Part shown: positions 1 through 9,868 of the stretch, one piece after another | How positions within the stretch are numbered: the first letter of the stretch is position 1 | Layout of the letters: each line of letters starts with the position of its first letter | Origin: Candidatus Babeliales bacterium | GTDB lineage: Bacteria; Babelota; Babeliae; Babelales; JANWKD01 | Direction of reading: 5' to 3' | Length of the DNA stretch: 64,000 nucleotides | NCBI GenBank assembly: GCA_963762115.1 | Contig: CAVXJH010000003.1 | Coordinates: 192,001-256,000 of the forward strand | Position numbers and translations under genes: made by a program | The notes under the pieces: generated by a model | The model's input: the letters and a program-made list of their open reading frames with translations, nothing else | What the model was told of the DNA's origin: nothing | The model's database searches: none

Positions 1-339
1 GGTGTTGTTGGCTATCATACAAATCAACAATTTTCACCACAACATGTAATTTGGGATGATCCAGATCTTTTTACGGCACATATGAAACAAGTTAATTTCA
101 ATAATGAAGTAAGAAAATTGGCATGTTCGAGTCCTAAAAAAGGTTCGGTATGTGAAAAAGCATTTGTTCAGGAAGTTGCACAGGAATTAAAGTTTAATGA
201 TCCATCCTATTTTTGTTGGAAAATGAAACATGATAACCACGGTTTAGTAATTTTTGAACATGGAAATGGTCATACTCATTGGGATCAAAAAGATTTGGCA
301 AATGGCGTAAATCTTTTGAGTTTGTGCCCTATTTTTTAA
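1..339 (+). CDS. Hypothetical protein, 5'-truncated by the window edge
   Basis: Frame is open from base 1 (GVVGYHTNQQFSPQHVIWDDPDLFTAHMKQ...) to TAA at 337-339; no family recognised. Confidence 0.7.
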   Translation, partial: GVVGYHTNQQFSPQHVIWDDPDLFTAHMKQVNFNNEVRKLACSSPKKGSVCEKAFVQEVAQELKFNDPSYFCWKMKHDNHGLVIFEHGNGHTHWDQKDLANGVNLLSLCPIF

Positions 340-356
340 TGAATGTAAGGGGACAT

Positions 357-1535
357 TTATTTTTGCATGGCAATGAGTCCAGGCATTATTTCGCCACTTA
401 AATAGGCTAATGTTGAACCGCCTCCGGTTGAGAGGAAATTTATTTTTTCTGCTAGGCCAAATTTTCTGACGGCACTTACAGAATCACCACCGCCAACAAC
501 GGTGAAAGCTGGTGATTGAGCAACTAACTCTAAAAGTTTCTGTAATTCTTGCATAGTTTCTGGTTGATTTGCAAATCCCATTGCAGCATTAAAAAAAATA
601 GTTTTTGCTTGTTTAATTGTTTTAGAAAATTGAATAAGAGTTTTAGGTCCAATCGATATACCCATGCTTGATTTTGGTAGAGCATTGGCATCAACGGTAA
701 TGAGTTTTTTTTCTTTCCCTTGCAGCATAACACGATAATCTTCAGGGAAAACGAGCGTTACTTCTTTGTTTTTTGCTTCTTCTAGCAAGGCTAATGATTT
801 TGCAAGAGCAGGAGTATCAACAAGAGAATTACCAACTTCAAATCCTAATGCTTTCATAAAGGTGAACACTAAAGCAGGGCAGAGCAAAATAGTGTTAGCA
901 ACATTAATAATATGATGAAGCATTGGTAACTTGGTGGTAACTTTGCCGCCGCCCATGATAACAACAAAGGGGTGTTCTGGGTGAATGAGTTTATCTAAAG
1001 CGTTGAGTTCATGTCCAATAAGTAACCCTATGGTGCAATGCTGTGCATCAAATAATGTGGGAACCAAGGTTATTGAAGTGTCATTTCGGTGAAGAAGGCC
1101 AAATGCATCGTTAACATAAAAATCTGCTAATGAAGCTAACTCTTGAGCAAAAGAAGGATCTTGATTTTGTTCGCCAGGAAAAAATCTGAGATTTTCGAGT
1201 AAAATAATCGGTGAATCTAGTAACCTTGCGTCAGCAAAAGTAGGGCTAAATTGTATTTGATATGTATGTTTTTGAAACCATGGTAATAAAATTTTTGTTG
1301 ATAGTTTTTGATTATATTTCCCTTCAGGTCTTCCCAGATGTGTTGCCAAAATAATCTGACCACCTTTTTTTAAAATGAGATTAATCGTTGGTAAAATCGC
1401 CAGCAAGCGATAATCATCAAGAATTTTTTCATTGCTTAAAGGAACATTGAGATCTGCTCTGAGTAGAATTTTTTTATCTTTTAGATTGAATTCAGATAAT
1501 AAACTTTTGTAGCTATATTTTTTTTCATTGCGCAT
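357..1535 (-). CDS. pgk: Phosphoglycerate kinase
   Basis: RADLNVP, THLGRP, LLENLRF, VNDAFG, GGGDS, STGGG motifs. Confidence 0.97.
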   Translation of the reverse strand: MRNEKKYSYKSLLSEFNLKDKKILLRADLNVPLSNEKILDDYRLLAILPTINLILKKGGQIILATHLGRPEGKYNQKLSTKILLPWFQKHTYQIQFSPTFADARLLDSPIILLENLRFFPGEQNQDPSFAQELASLADFYVNDAFGLLHRNDTSITLVPTLFDAQHCTIGLLIGHELNALDKLIHPEHPFVVIMGGGKVTTKLPMLHHIINVANTILLCPALVFTFMKALGFEVGNSLVDTPALAKSLALLEEAKNKEVTLVFPEDYRVMLQGKEKKLITVDANALPKSSMGISIGPKTLIQFSKTIKQAKTIFFNAAMGFANQPETMQELQKLLELVAQSPAFTVVGGGDSVSAVRKFGLAEKINFLSTGGGSTLAYLSGEIMPGLIAMQK

Positions 1536-1723
1536 ACAGGATTTCTTTCTTGTTTATCTATTAAAAACAGTGTAACTATAGTTTGCATTTTTTTTGTTGT
1601 AAATGGCATAAAAGATGTATGCATTGTGTTAATAATTTGAAAAAATATATAAAAAGGGTATGTTGTGAAAACTTATTGTATAAGTCTAATGTTTAATTAT
1701 TTTTAACGATGAAAGGAATCGTT

Positions 1724-2161
1724 ATGTTTCGAAAAAAATTATTAATAGTGGCGTTATGTGTGACAGCGCAATCTTTTGCTTTACCGTCAAAATTCGAAGG
1801 TGAACAGAACTCACGGCATGAAAAACATAGATGTTTTAAGGGTTTCAAGAAAGGTGACATATGTCAATTTGTGGAAGGTGCCGATGGCAAGCTAACTCCA
1901 CAAAAAGTTGATAATTCAAGAACCGAACAAGTAAATTCTGGTATTCGTGCGTTTACTGTATCAATGCTTATTGGATTTATTGCTCAAGGCTACTCAAGGA
2001 GTAATGGTGATATGACACCACATCTTCTAGGTTTAGTTACCAATCTTGCTGCGAATCTTTTTATTGGCGGGTTAGTATGCCAAGATCGTAAATTTATGAC
2101 CCAGTTTGGTGGGGGTTTAACAGGTTATATTCTTGGATCAGTTGGAAGAAATTCTTTTTAG
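1724..2161 (+). CDS. Secreted/membrane hypothetical protein with Gly-rich hydrophobic segments
   Basis: Signal peptide MFRKKLLIVALCVTAQSFA after an AAGGAA RBS; three hydrophobic stretches; start could instead be 1709. Confidence 0.75.
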   Translation: MFRKKLLIVALCVTAQSFALPSKFEGEQNSRHEKHRCFKGFKKGDICQFVEGADGKLTPQKVDNSRTEQVNSGIRAFTVSMLIGFIAQGYSRSNGDMTPHLLGLVTNLAANLFIGGLVCQDRKFMTQFGGGLTGYILGSVGRNSF

Positions 2162-2253
2162 TAATTTATTGCTAATTTTATTAATTTTTTGTTAAAGTAG
2201 GGTTCGTATGTACATATGTCTCTCTTAAATTTTTTCAATAAAAAGGATCTCTT

Positions 2254-2691
2254 ATGATACTACATAAACAATTAATTCTTACTTTGTCATTCGCTTTGTT
2301 AACAACATCTTTGTGTAATGCTAACGACATACCGTTATATAAGGAAAAAACAACTCAACAAAAAGCAGCTGGAATTGTCAAAGAAGGATCTATTTCTGCG
2401 GTCTGTTTTTTTGTTGCGTCATTTATTATGAAAGGCTTAGTTCCTCAAGAATGGGAACAAGCAGCAGCATTGCTTCTAGGTATATCGGCAACAGGTCTTG
2501 CAAATCATAAAACGGTAAAACAAGTAGTAAAACATCCAATGGTCAGTGCAAAAGATCCAGAAACTGCTGGTAAAGTTTTAGCAATGGTTGTTGGTGGTGT
2601 TGCAGGTAATTATGGTTCAGGATATACTTCTGGTGCAAAAAGAACTTTTGAAAACTTAAGAAGTGACTCTAAGAGTAATCCTACAATCTAA
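2254..2691 (+). CDS. Secreted/membrane hypothetical protein with Gly/Ala-rich hydrophobic segments
   Basis: AAGGA RBS; signal peptide ending LCNA; hydrophobic helices; terminator follows. Confidence 0.75.
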   Translation: MILHKQLILTLSFALLTTSLCNANDIPLYKEKTTQQKAAGIVKEGSISAVCFFVASFIMKGLVPQEWEQAAALLLGISATGLANHKTVKQVVKHPMVSAKDPETAGKVLAMVVGGVAGNYGSGYTSGAKRTFENLRSDSKSNPTI

Positions 2692-2712
2692 TTCGATGTC
2701 GTAATAAAGTTA

Positions 2713-2752
2713 AAAAAACAAGCGGATGTAAAAGAGCATCCGCTTGTTTTTT
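2713..2752. terminator. Bidirectional intrinsic terminator
   Basis: AAAAAACAAGCGGATG / CATCCGCTTGTTTTTT inverted repeat between convergent genes. Confidence 0.85.
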
Positions 2753-2753
2753 A

Positions 2754-3971
2754 TTAATTTTTTAATGAATGCGCAATAAGCATATCATCGATTTTTCTTA
2801 TCGATATAAAAGCGGCAATACTGCTGAGTAGCATCACTACACAAAAGACTATCAAAAAAATTTCTGGATCCAAAGCAATGGGCAGATGCGTAGCAAAATA
2901 AGCATCAGGCAGTTCAATATGCACATAACGTTGTAAAATGAGTCCAACTAAAAGTGCACACAATAAGCCGGTGATGCAAGCCAAAAGTGCAATGCTCATA
3001 CCCATAATAAAAAATATTTTTTTTATATCACTAAACGATGTGCCTAATGTTTGCAAAATGGCAATGTCAGTTTTTTTTTGTATAATTTGCATGAATAATA
3101 ATGAAACAATGCTCATACTCGCCACTAAAATAATTAAAGTGAGAATGAAAAAACTGGCATATTTTTCTAGTCTGAGTGCTGCTAACAATGCTGGATATAA
3201 TTCTTTCCATGAATAACAATCCAACTCAAATCGTTTTTTTAATTTTTTTATAAGTATTGATTCATCGGTTTTATTTTTCAATTTTAATTGAACGCTGGTG
3301 ATGCCCGCATCGGGAAAAAGTTCTTGTGCTTGTTCAAGTGTGCAAAGAATAAGTGACGAATCAAATTCTTCAATACCAGTTTTAAAAACGCCACCAACCG
3401 TGAGATTGGCAGAATCTAACTGAATTGTTTTTGACCAATCTTGTGTTGCCGGTGCAAATAACAGTTGAAATTGATTGTTGATGCTGGTGTGTAATTTAGC
3501 AGCAAGTTTTTCGCCGATTGCAACGCGATTAGTATGCACACTTTTTTTTAAAGATTCTTTATTGAGTAGTTTTGTTTCAATTGAAGTTGTTTGTGATTCA
3601 GCGATTGGATCGATGGCCTTGAGGGTGATCAACATGCTTAATTGGCCGCTACCATCTTGAATTATTCCATAATGCTGATTGGTGGGGGAAATGCCAACAA
3701 CTTCCGGAAATTCATTTTTTAAAACGCGTTGTATTGCATCAAAATCTAATTGTTCATTGCCATATGCTTGCATAATAATGTGTGCATGGATGCCTTGCAT
3801 ATGCTCATGGGTAGCTTGTTCAAAGCCACGCATGATGGAAACAACCAATGCTAAACTGAAAGAGCCAAGGGCAATACCAAGAAAACAAATTTTGATCATT
3901 GTATTGATAGATCGTTCTTGTTTTGTTTTTACTAAATAACGCCACGAAAGGAGTAAAGAAAGAGAATTCAT
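2754..3971 (-). CDS. LolC/LolE (FtsX/MacB-type) lipoprotein-release ABC permease
   Basis: SWRYL N-terminus, GIALG..VSIMRGF, periplasmic domain, GVFKTG..EFD, DIAILQTLG, LP..Y...LP; start moved to MNSLS. Confidence 0.88.
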   Translation of the reverse strand: MNSLSLLLSWRYLVKTKQERSINTMIKICFLGIALGSFSLALVVSIMRGFEQATHEHMQGIHAHIIMQAYGNEQLDFDAIQRVLKNEFPEVVGISPTNQHYGIIQDGSGQLSMLITLKAIDPIAESQTTSIETKLLNKESLKKSVHTNRVAIGEKLAAKLHTSINNQFQLLFAPATQDWSKTIQLDSANLTVGGVFKTGIEEFDSSLILCTLEQAQELFPDAGITSVQLKLKNKTDESILIKKLKKRFELDCYSWKELYPALLAALRLEKYASFFILTLIILVASMSIVSLLFMQIIQKKTDIAILQTLGTSFSDIKKIFFIMGMSIALLACITGLLCALLVGLILQRYVHIELPDAYFATHLPIALDPEIFLIVFCVVMLLSSIAAFISIRKIDDMLIAHSLKN

Positions 3972-4055
3972 AAGTAACCTTACATGCTTGTCAATTTGTT
4001 TCGTTTTAATTAGGATACTAGTAACGTTTTTTGATTGCAAAACAAAAGGTATAGT

Positions 4056-4760
4056 ATGAAGCAAATAGTATATGCTGCATTGTTAGTTTTTCTTGTTTTA
4101 TCGTTCTCGAGCTGTTCTCGATACATTTCTTGGGGCAAAGAAGTTTTTAATCAAGGAGAGAAACTTGATACCTATGCCGAAAATGTAAAACCTTACATTC
4201 GATCAGGAAGAGTGTACGATCAATTTACTACCTTAGGTAATTTTGATGCGATGTGGTTGGCTGATCCTGTGCGTCGTGCTTATGCACAATCATATTCACA
4301 TAAGCGTGGTTATTCAAAAGAACAATACGTTAATTTTTTACAAAATCAATTGGAAGAGAATGATCATTTTATTTCATTCTATCTTTTAGCGATTGTTGGT
4401 GGGCCAGGCGTTATTGAGCTTAATAACAAAAATTCGCTCTGGGCTATTCAACTAAAAATTGGTGATGATTATTTTACGCCCGTGAAAATAGAAGTTGTTG
4501 AACAATTACCTGCTGAATATCAATATTTCTTTGGTAAATATTGGACGGTATTTAAAGCGCAATATCTTATTTCATTTAATGCTATTGATGAAGATGATGA
4601 TCCTTTACTCTATTCTTCATTGCGATCAATCTCATTGGTGTTTAGACGTGTTGGTCATCAAATTGAATTAGTGTGGCCGCTTGATGGTCAAACGCATATA
4701 ATTCCTCGCTGTGGTCTTAATACTGATGTGCTTGCCTATGATCTTTATGATAACATTTAA
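4056..4760 (+). CDS. Putative lipoprotein
   Basis: MKQIVYAALLVFLVLSFSSC lipobox-like signal; divergent from the lolC/E-like gene. Confidence 0.75.
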   Translation: MKQIVYAALLVFLVLSFSSCSRYISWGKEVFNQGEKLDTYAENVKPYIRSGRVYDQFTTLGNFDAMWLADPVRRAYAQSYSHKRGYSKEQYVNFLQNQLEENDHFISFYLLAIVGGPGVIELNNKNSLWAIQLKIGDDYFTPVKIEVVEQLPAEYQYFFGKYWTVFKAQYLISFNAIDEDDDPLLYSSLRSISLVFRRVGHQIELVWPLDGQTHIIPRCGLNTDVLAYDLYDNI

Positions 4761-4818
4761 GGTGGATTTGATGAATAAGGGTATTTTTTTATAAGCAAAA
4801 TTAATAATTTAATCACCA

Positions 4819-4931
4819 TGTCATCATGAGGAGCTTTGCGACGTAGTGATCCAGTCTATAAAATAAAAAAAACTTAAATCATGGATTCCTACGCCGTGCT
4901 TCGCCAAGGCTACGCAGGGCTCAGAATGACA
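4819..4931. repeat. REP/RPE-like palindromic doublet, copy A
   Basis: TGTCATCATGAGG...GCTCAGAATGACA terminal arms; matches the other copies in the window. Confidence 0.75.
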
Positions 4932-4963
4932 AGCGGGAATATTTAGAAGTATGAAAGTCATAT

Positions 4964-5419
4964 ATGAAAAAAAAGTATACCATTGTCATCGGCGCTGATC
5001 ATCGTGGTTTTGCGCTTAAACAATTTTTAATGGCGCATGATTATGAGCATGTTGCTATCACTTGGATTGATGTTGGTGCATTTTCTGATGAGCGTTCTGA
5101 TTATCCAGAATTTGCGCTGGAAGCTACAAAAGCGATTGTAGAAAAAAAAGCTGAATGTGGTGTTTTGCTCTGCGCTTCTGGTGTTGGCATGGCTGTTGTT
5201 GCAAATAGATTTCCTGGCATTTATGCAGGAGTCGCTTGGAATGCAGAGATTGCTGCAAGTGCAAAAGAAGATGATAACATTAATATGTTAGTGATGCCTT
5301 CTGATTATGTTACGCATGAAGAGAGTGTGCGCATCCTGATTGCTTGGTTGTCAGCTGAATTCAAGCATGGGCGCTATGAAAAGCGCATTGCTTTAATTGA
5401 TGCAATTTCAGTGAAATAG
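4964..5419 (+). CDS. rpiB: Ribose-5-phosphate isomerase B (RpiB/LacAB family)
   Basis: GADHRG, DYP, CASGVG, ANRFPGI, GRYEKRI motifs. Confidence 0.93.
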   Translation: MKKKYTIVIGADHRGFALKQFLMAHDYEHVAITWIDVGAFSDERSDYPEFALEATKAIVEKKAECGVLLCASGVGMAVVANRFPGIYAGVAWNAEIAASAKEDDNINMLVMPSDYVTHEESVRILIAWLSAEFKHGRYEKRIALIDAISVK

Positions 5420-5476
5420 ATTTAAATACTTTGTAAAAAAATAATTTTGCTTTTGCACATGTGTATTATCGCCCAA

Positions 5477-5634
5477 TGTCATTCCGAGGCACATTGTGCC
5501 GTGGGAACCCAGCTTATAAAATTCTTTTTATTTTCCTATTAGTTGGACCTACCAATTCAATAAGTTTTAGTTTTGTGTATTGATTTATTAGAACATTATA
5601 ATCTGGGTTGCCACGGCACAATGTGCCTCGCAAT
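5477..5634. repeat. REP/RPE-like palindromic doublet, copy B (right arm split by the IS; remainder at 6811-6819)
   Basis: TGTCATTCCGAGGCACATTGTGCCGTGGGAACCCAG ... CTGGGTTGCCACGGCACAATGTGCCTCGCAAT|IS|GCAATGACA. Confidence 0.88.
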
Positions 5635-6810
5635 TGTAAAAGTTCATAATTTCGGTGAATAAAAAATACCCACAAAAGTAAATCAGAGTTAGAATTGAAT
5701 ACGCAATATTAACAATTTTAACGCAGGAGTTCTTTTGTGAGTATAAATACATCGTATCCTACTTTGGTTAGCAATTCAATAAAGTACATGCTAAAATATG
5801 TAGAAGAATATGAGCTTGTTAAGGCAAAGAAGCACCCACAATTTAGGTTTGTTCGAGAATTTTTTGAAGCCAGGGAACTCTGTTTCCAGAATTTTTATAA
5901 ACTTTATGGGCGTTATAAAGCAGCCCAGGGAATTCCCGAACTTCTACTGCCTATAAGGCGCGGCCCTAAACCAAAATTTGAAGAATTGCCACTTGCAGAT
6001 GATAGCCTTGTAAAAAAAATTTTAGAATACCGAAAATCAGGTTTAAATAGGTATGTTATCGCTGCAGCTCTCAAGAAAAATCCTTCGATCAAAAAAGGTA
6101 TTTCTGCAAGTTCAGTGTACCGAACTTTACGAAAATATGGTGTGTCAAAATTAACCAAGTTAGCGCAAGAGGAAAAAAGAAAGATTGTGAGAACATTTGC
6201 AGGATCATTAGCTCATATAGATTGCCATTACCTACCTAAGGGAATTGTACAATCTGAACCTAAAAAGAAATATTTTGTATTGGGTGTAATTGATGATTTT
6301 TCGAGAATAGTTTGGGTCGAAGTAATTGAATCTTTAAAGGCAATTGATGTTGCCTTTGCTATGATGGATATTATTTTACATATGAACCAACGATATAGTA
6401 TCACCTTTGATGAAGCTCTGACAGATAATGGTGCTGAGTTTTGTTCAACGCCAGAAAAATTAAAAAATCATCCTTTTGAACGATTGCTACTTCATTTTGC
6501 GATTAAACATCGAAGAACTTTGCCTTATCGACCACAAACAAATGGAAAAATTGAAAGATTTTGGCGTTCTTTTGATGATGAAGTTATTGAAGGATCCATC
6601 TTTAACACAATCGATGAATTAAAAGATGCTGTTCTTGGATATAATTTCTATCACAATGAACATCGGCCGCATCAAGGTTTGAATGGCAAAGTACCATTCG
6701 AATTGTTGAAAGAAACCGGCATACCCGTTTAAGGAATTAAAAAACTTACAATTCAACTTTGATTGCCACTTTGTGCAAAAAATTATTCACCGAAACTCTG
6801 AACACATACA
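5635..6810 (+). mobile_element. IS481-family insertion sequence (1176 bp) with 5-bp target duplication GCAAT
   Basis: IRL TGTAAAAGTTCATAATTTCGGTGAATAA (5635-5662) and IRR (6783-6810) match at 23/28; TGT...ACA ends; GCAAT at 5630-5634 and 6811-6815. Confidence 0.92.
5737..6732 (+). CDS. DDE transposase, rve integrase core (IS481 family)
   Basis: HID..., IDDFSR, TDNGAEF, PQTNGKIERF, YHNEHRPHQGL. Confidence 0.93.
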   Translation: MSINTSYPTLVSNSIKYMLKYVEEYELVKAKKHPQFRFVREFFEARELCFQNFYKLYGRYKAAQGIPELLLPIRRGPKPKFEELPLADDSLVKKILEYRKSGLNRYVIAAALKKNPSIKKGISASSVYRTLRKYGVSKLTKLAQEEKRKIVRTFAGSLAHIDCHYLPKGIVQSEPKKKYFVLGVIDDFSRIVWVEVIESLKAIDVAFAMMDIILHMNQRYSITFDEALTDNGAEFCSTPEKLKNHPFERLLLHFAIKHRRTLPYRPQTNGKIERFWRSFDDEVIEGSIFNTIDELKDAVLGYNFYHNEHRPHQGLNGKVPFELLKETGIPV

Positions 6811-6872
6811 GCAATGACAATTCGAGTGATTTGTTTTTGTTTAAATTTGTTTATCTTGTATTTGGTATTTCA

Positions 6873-6919
6873 AAAAAAACTGGCGATGAAAGTATTAAAT
6901 TTTCATCGCCAGTTTTTTT
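6873..6919. terminator. Bidirectional intrinsic terminator
   Basis: AAAAAAACTGGCGATGAAA / TTTCATCGCCAGTTTTTTT. Confidence 0.85.
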
Positions 6920-6934
6920 ATTTAAACAGGTTTT

Positions 6935-9685
6935 TTATGCAGCAGCAATTGCTTGATCTGCATCAGAAGATTGTACTTCTTCTGGTTTATTTCCTTTTGC
7001 TTTTTCAGTAACAACAAAATTCATGATGTGCATGATTTGCTCTGCTGTTAACAATTCTTCTTTAAGAAGAACAAGAGCAACGAATGCCAATTCTTCTTTA
7101 TGTTCAGCAAGAAGATTATACGCAATCTCTTTATGCTTAGTAATTAAAGCATGAGCTTCAGTTAATTTGCGTTCTTTCAATTCTTTAGGTGCGTCTTTTT
7201 CGCGCATACCTTCGAACACAATGCGTTTTGCAATACTCATTGCTTGCTCATTATCTTCAGCGTGATAACTATAACTTGTGTTACCATATAATAGTTTCTC
7301 AGCAGCATGACCAGCAAGGCAGATTGTCAATTCATCAAGAAGATCTTGATGTGAATCAAACTTCAAGGTGTGTGGTTTATGCATCGTGAAGGTGCTACCA
7401 TACACAACGGTTGTACGTGCTTTCCTTTGTTCTTCATCTTTTTCTTCTTTGTCTTTCCAGCCATTAAAGAGAAGATCTTCTTCAGGAATTCTCACGCCTG
7501 TTGGTCGTGTGGTAACTTTGGTCAACTGCAAGTTTGCATCAAGCAAGATGCGCGCCATAGCATGACCAGATTGGTGAATAGAAACAAGTTCTTGTTCAGC
7601 CAAAGGTAGCGGTGATTTATCCGAAAGAATCAGATTGATGTCTTCATCAAATGCGCGTTCAAAATCTTCTGCACGAGGCAACTTACCTTGAATTTTACCA
7701 TCGATTAACGCAGTGCGTAACATTTCAGATAACGCATCAAAAGGATAGCCTTCGCTTTCTTGAGCAAGTTTATCAATAAGTTCTTCTTCGATAAATATTG
7801 CACGTTTTTCAAGTTCTTTTTGTAAGAATATCTTACGTTCATCCAATGTTGGATAGACAAAGTGTAAGTGTTTACCAAATCTTCCTGATGCACGCAATGA
7901 ATCATCAAGTTGTTCAGGTTTATTGGTTGCTGCAATAATGATAACCTTATTTTTATTTTTTCTATTTAAGGTACTCATTGCTGTTAACATTTCACCAAAA
8001 CGCTTACTATCACGCAGTCTGTGAAGCCCGATTGTATCCAATTCGTCGATGAATATAATAAGAGGAGCATAATTTTGTGCTTCATCAAAGAATTGGGTAA
8101 TACCAACTTCAACAAGTTCTGCAGCTTTGATTTCAACATAGTGCAAGGTATCTTTCTTGCCCATTTCTTTATCGATTTGTTTAATCGTTCCTGCTGTTGC
8201 TTCTGCCATGAAACTCTTACCAGTTCGTGTTGGACCTTCAAGTAAAATACCTGTTGGTGGCACGATGCCTGGACGATCAAAGAATTCATTGTTCGTTACA
8301 TAGGCAACAATTCTGAGCATCTCTTGTTTTGCATGATCGTTACCGATAACGTCATCAAGAGTTACTGAAACTTCTTTTTCATATTGACTGATTAAACCAG
8401 CTTTTTTAACCGGCCCACCAGCTAAGTAATCATCGATTTGGTTGATATTACCGTTAAATAAATTACTCATATATTTAGCAGAACTTTTAAGCACTGGTGC
8501 AATATAATCAGGGAAAATTGCAATACCGGGACATGCAAAGCTAAGTAAGCTTAATCCAAATTCACCTAAAGTATCCTCTGCATAGGTTAAGAATCCAATA
8601 GTGGTTGGATTCATCCTATCAATGCCACCTAATTCGCGAGCAGGAGGTCGGAACCCAATAGCTTTTTTTATAGGCATAAGCCATTTTTTTATTGTTGATT
8701 GTGGTGTTAACAAATTATCGTCAATATATCCTGATGAGTCGTTATTTTTATGATTATTTATTTTTCGTTGGGTCTTTGCCAATATATCTTTTTCAGTTGC
8801 AGAAAGTCTTTCTTTTGAATTATAAATTCTTTTTTCTTCAGGAGAACCATTTTCTTCGAGTTTCCATTTTTGTGGTTTATCTATAAAGAGTCTGCCATGC
8901 AACCTATAAATTACCCAGGTCAAAAGAGCGGCTCCGCCTACAACATAAAGAGACTTTTTAGCAATGCCATAATCGTGATTTAATTTTTTTAGTTTGCGAT
9001 ACATAATATTAAACGTCGATAACCCAACGGTAGGAGCTTTTTTGCCCAAAGCAGTAATACGATCAGTATTTCCCGTTAAGCTTTCTTCTAATTGCCCTAA
9101 ATCAACGTCATCAGTTGGATTTGCGCGGGTATTAAGATCATATTCAGTATGAGGAAATGTTTTAAGGCCACTTTTGATCGCGGTCGTAAGATTTTCATGA
9201 ACCGTGTTAATAAGAGTAACAAGGCTGGGGAAATTTTCTTTTTGGGCGAGTAAGAAGGCGCTATACCTGATTTTTCCAATCATGGTACCCAAGCTTGTCA
9301 GTTCTTTTTTTGCAGCAGATTTTTCAGCAGGGGTAAGGCGTACCTGGTTATTGTTAAGGATTTGCGCCACGTCGCTGGTGATTTCCGCAAGCATATCAAG
9401 CTGCTTGAGAATTTCTTGTGCAACCATTTCTGCTTGTTGAGCTTGCGTTGCTTGCGCCATCAAAGCATTTAAATTTTGTTCTTGATCATTATGAGAATCT
9501 TGTGATTCTTCTTGTTCAAGCATATCGAGTTGAATAGGTTCTTCTGTTTGTGCTTGATCGATGATTTGTTCTTGTTCCGGGGTGTTTTCGCTGTTATCTG
9601 CATAGATTAAAGGTGCAGAACCCATAAGAATGCCAAAAAGCATTGAAAGAATCAGTGGTTTGAAAAAACGAGTTTTCGATTTCAT
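6935..9685 (-). CDS. Divergent FtsH-like AAA+ ATPase with M41-like domain; probably protease-inactive
   Basis: Signal peptide, long N-terminal region with TM segments, Walker A GPTRTGKS, Walker B IIFIDE, SRH AATNKPEQLDDSLRASGRF, HQSGH in place of HEXGH, LAGHAAE. Confidence 0.85.
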   Translation of the reverse strand: MKSKTRFFKPLILSMLFGILMGSAPLIYADNSENTPEQEQIIDQAQTEEPIQLDMLEQEESQDSHNDQEQNLNALMAQATQAQQAEMVAQEILKQLDMLAEITSDVAQILNNNQVRLTPAEKSAAKKELTSLGTMIGKIRYSAFLLAQKENFPSLVTLINTVHENLTTAIKSGLKTFPHTEYDLNTRANPTDDVDLGQLEESLTGNTDRITALGKKAPTVGLSTFNIMYRKLKKLNHDYGIAKKSLYVVGGAALLTWVIYRLHGRLFIDKPQKWKLEENGSPEEKRIYNSKERLSATEKDILAKTQRKINNHKNNDSSGYIDDNLLTPQSTIKKWLMPIKKAIGFRPPARELGGIDRMNPTTIGFLTYAEDTLGEFGLSLLSFACPGIAIFPDYIAPVLKSSAKYMSNLFNGNINQIDDYLAGGPVKKAGLISQYEKEVSVTLDDVIGNDHAKQEMLRIVAYVTNNEFFDRPGIVPPTGILLEGPTRTGKSFMAEATAGTIKQIDKEMGKKDTLHYVEIKAAELVEVGITQFFDEAQNYAPLIIFIDELDTIGLHRLRDSKRFGEMLTAMSTLNRKNKNKVIIIAATNKPEQLDDSLRASGRFGKHLHFVYPTLDERKIFLQKELEKRAIFIEEELIDKLAQESEGYPFDALSEMLRTALIDGKIQGKLPRAEDFERAFDEDINLILSDKSPLPLAEQELVSIHQSGHAMARILLDANLQLTKVTTRPTGVRIPEEDLLFNGWKDKEEKDEEQRKARTTVVYGSTFTMHKPHTLKFDSHQDLLDELTICLAGHAAEKLLYGNTSYSYHAEDNEQAMSIAKRIVFEGMREKDAPKELKERKLTEAHALITKHKEIAYNLLAEHKEELAFVALVLLKEELLTAEQIMHIMNFVVTEKAKGNKPEEVQSSDADQAIAAA

Positions 9686-9730
9686 AATAATAAGCCTCCA
9701 TCAAAAATAAATACATTTATCTGTATTTTC

Positions 9731-9759
9731 ATAATATCCTCTATTAAAACAGTTGTCAA
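9731..9759 (-). promoter_or_regulatory. Sigma70-type promoter for the FtsH-like gene
   Basis: TTGACA-17 nt-TATTAT on the minus strand; GGAGG RBS before the start. Confidence 0.7.
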
Positions 9760-9804
9760 ACAGTAAAATTCAGTTAAGAATTATTTTTTGTTAAAAAACG
9801 GTTA

Positions 9805-9838
9805 GGAAAAAACCCGGTCAAAAATACCGGGTTTTTCC
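9805..9838 (-). terminator. Intrinsic terminator
   Basis: GGAAAAAACCCGGT / ACCGGGTTTTTCC hairpin after the 9869-10486 gene. Confidence 0.7.
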
Positions 9839-9868
9839 ATATTTTAGTTTATCTTTTTTGAGAGGAAG

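Noticed and set aside
6759..7011. Short + strand ORFs at the IS right end
   Set aside because: They cross the IS end, the repeat remnant and a terminator; the 6759-6956 ORF's YAAAIA end is simply the antisense of the FtsH-like tail
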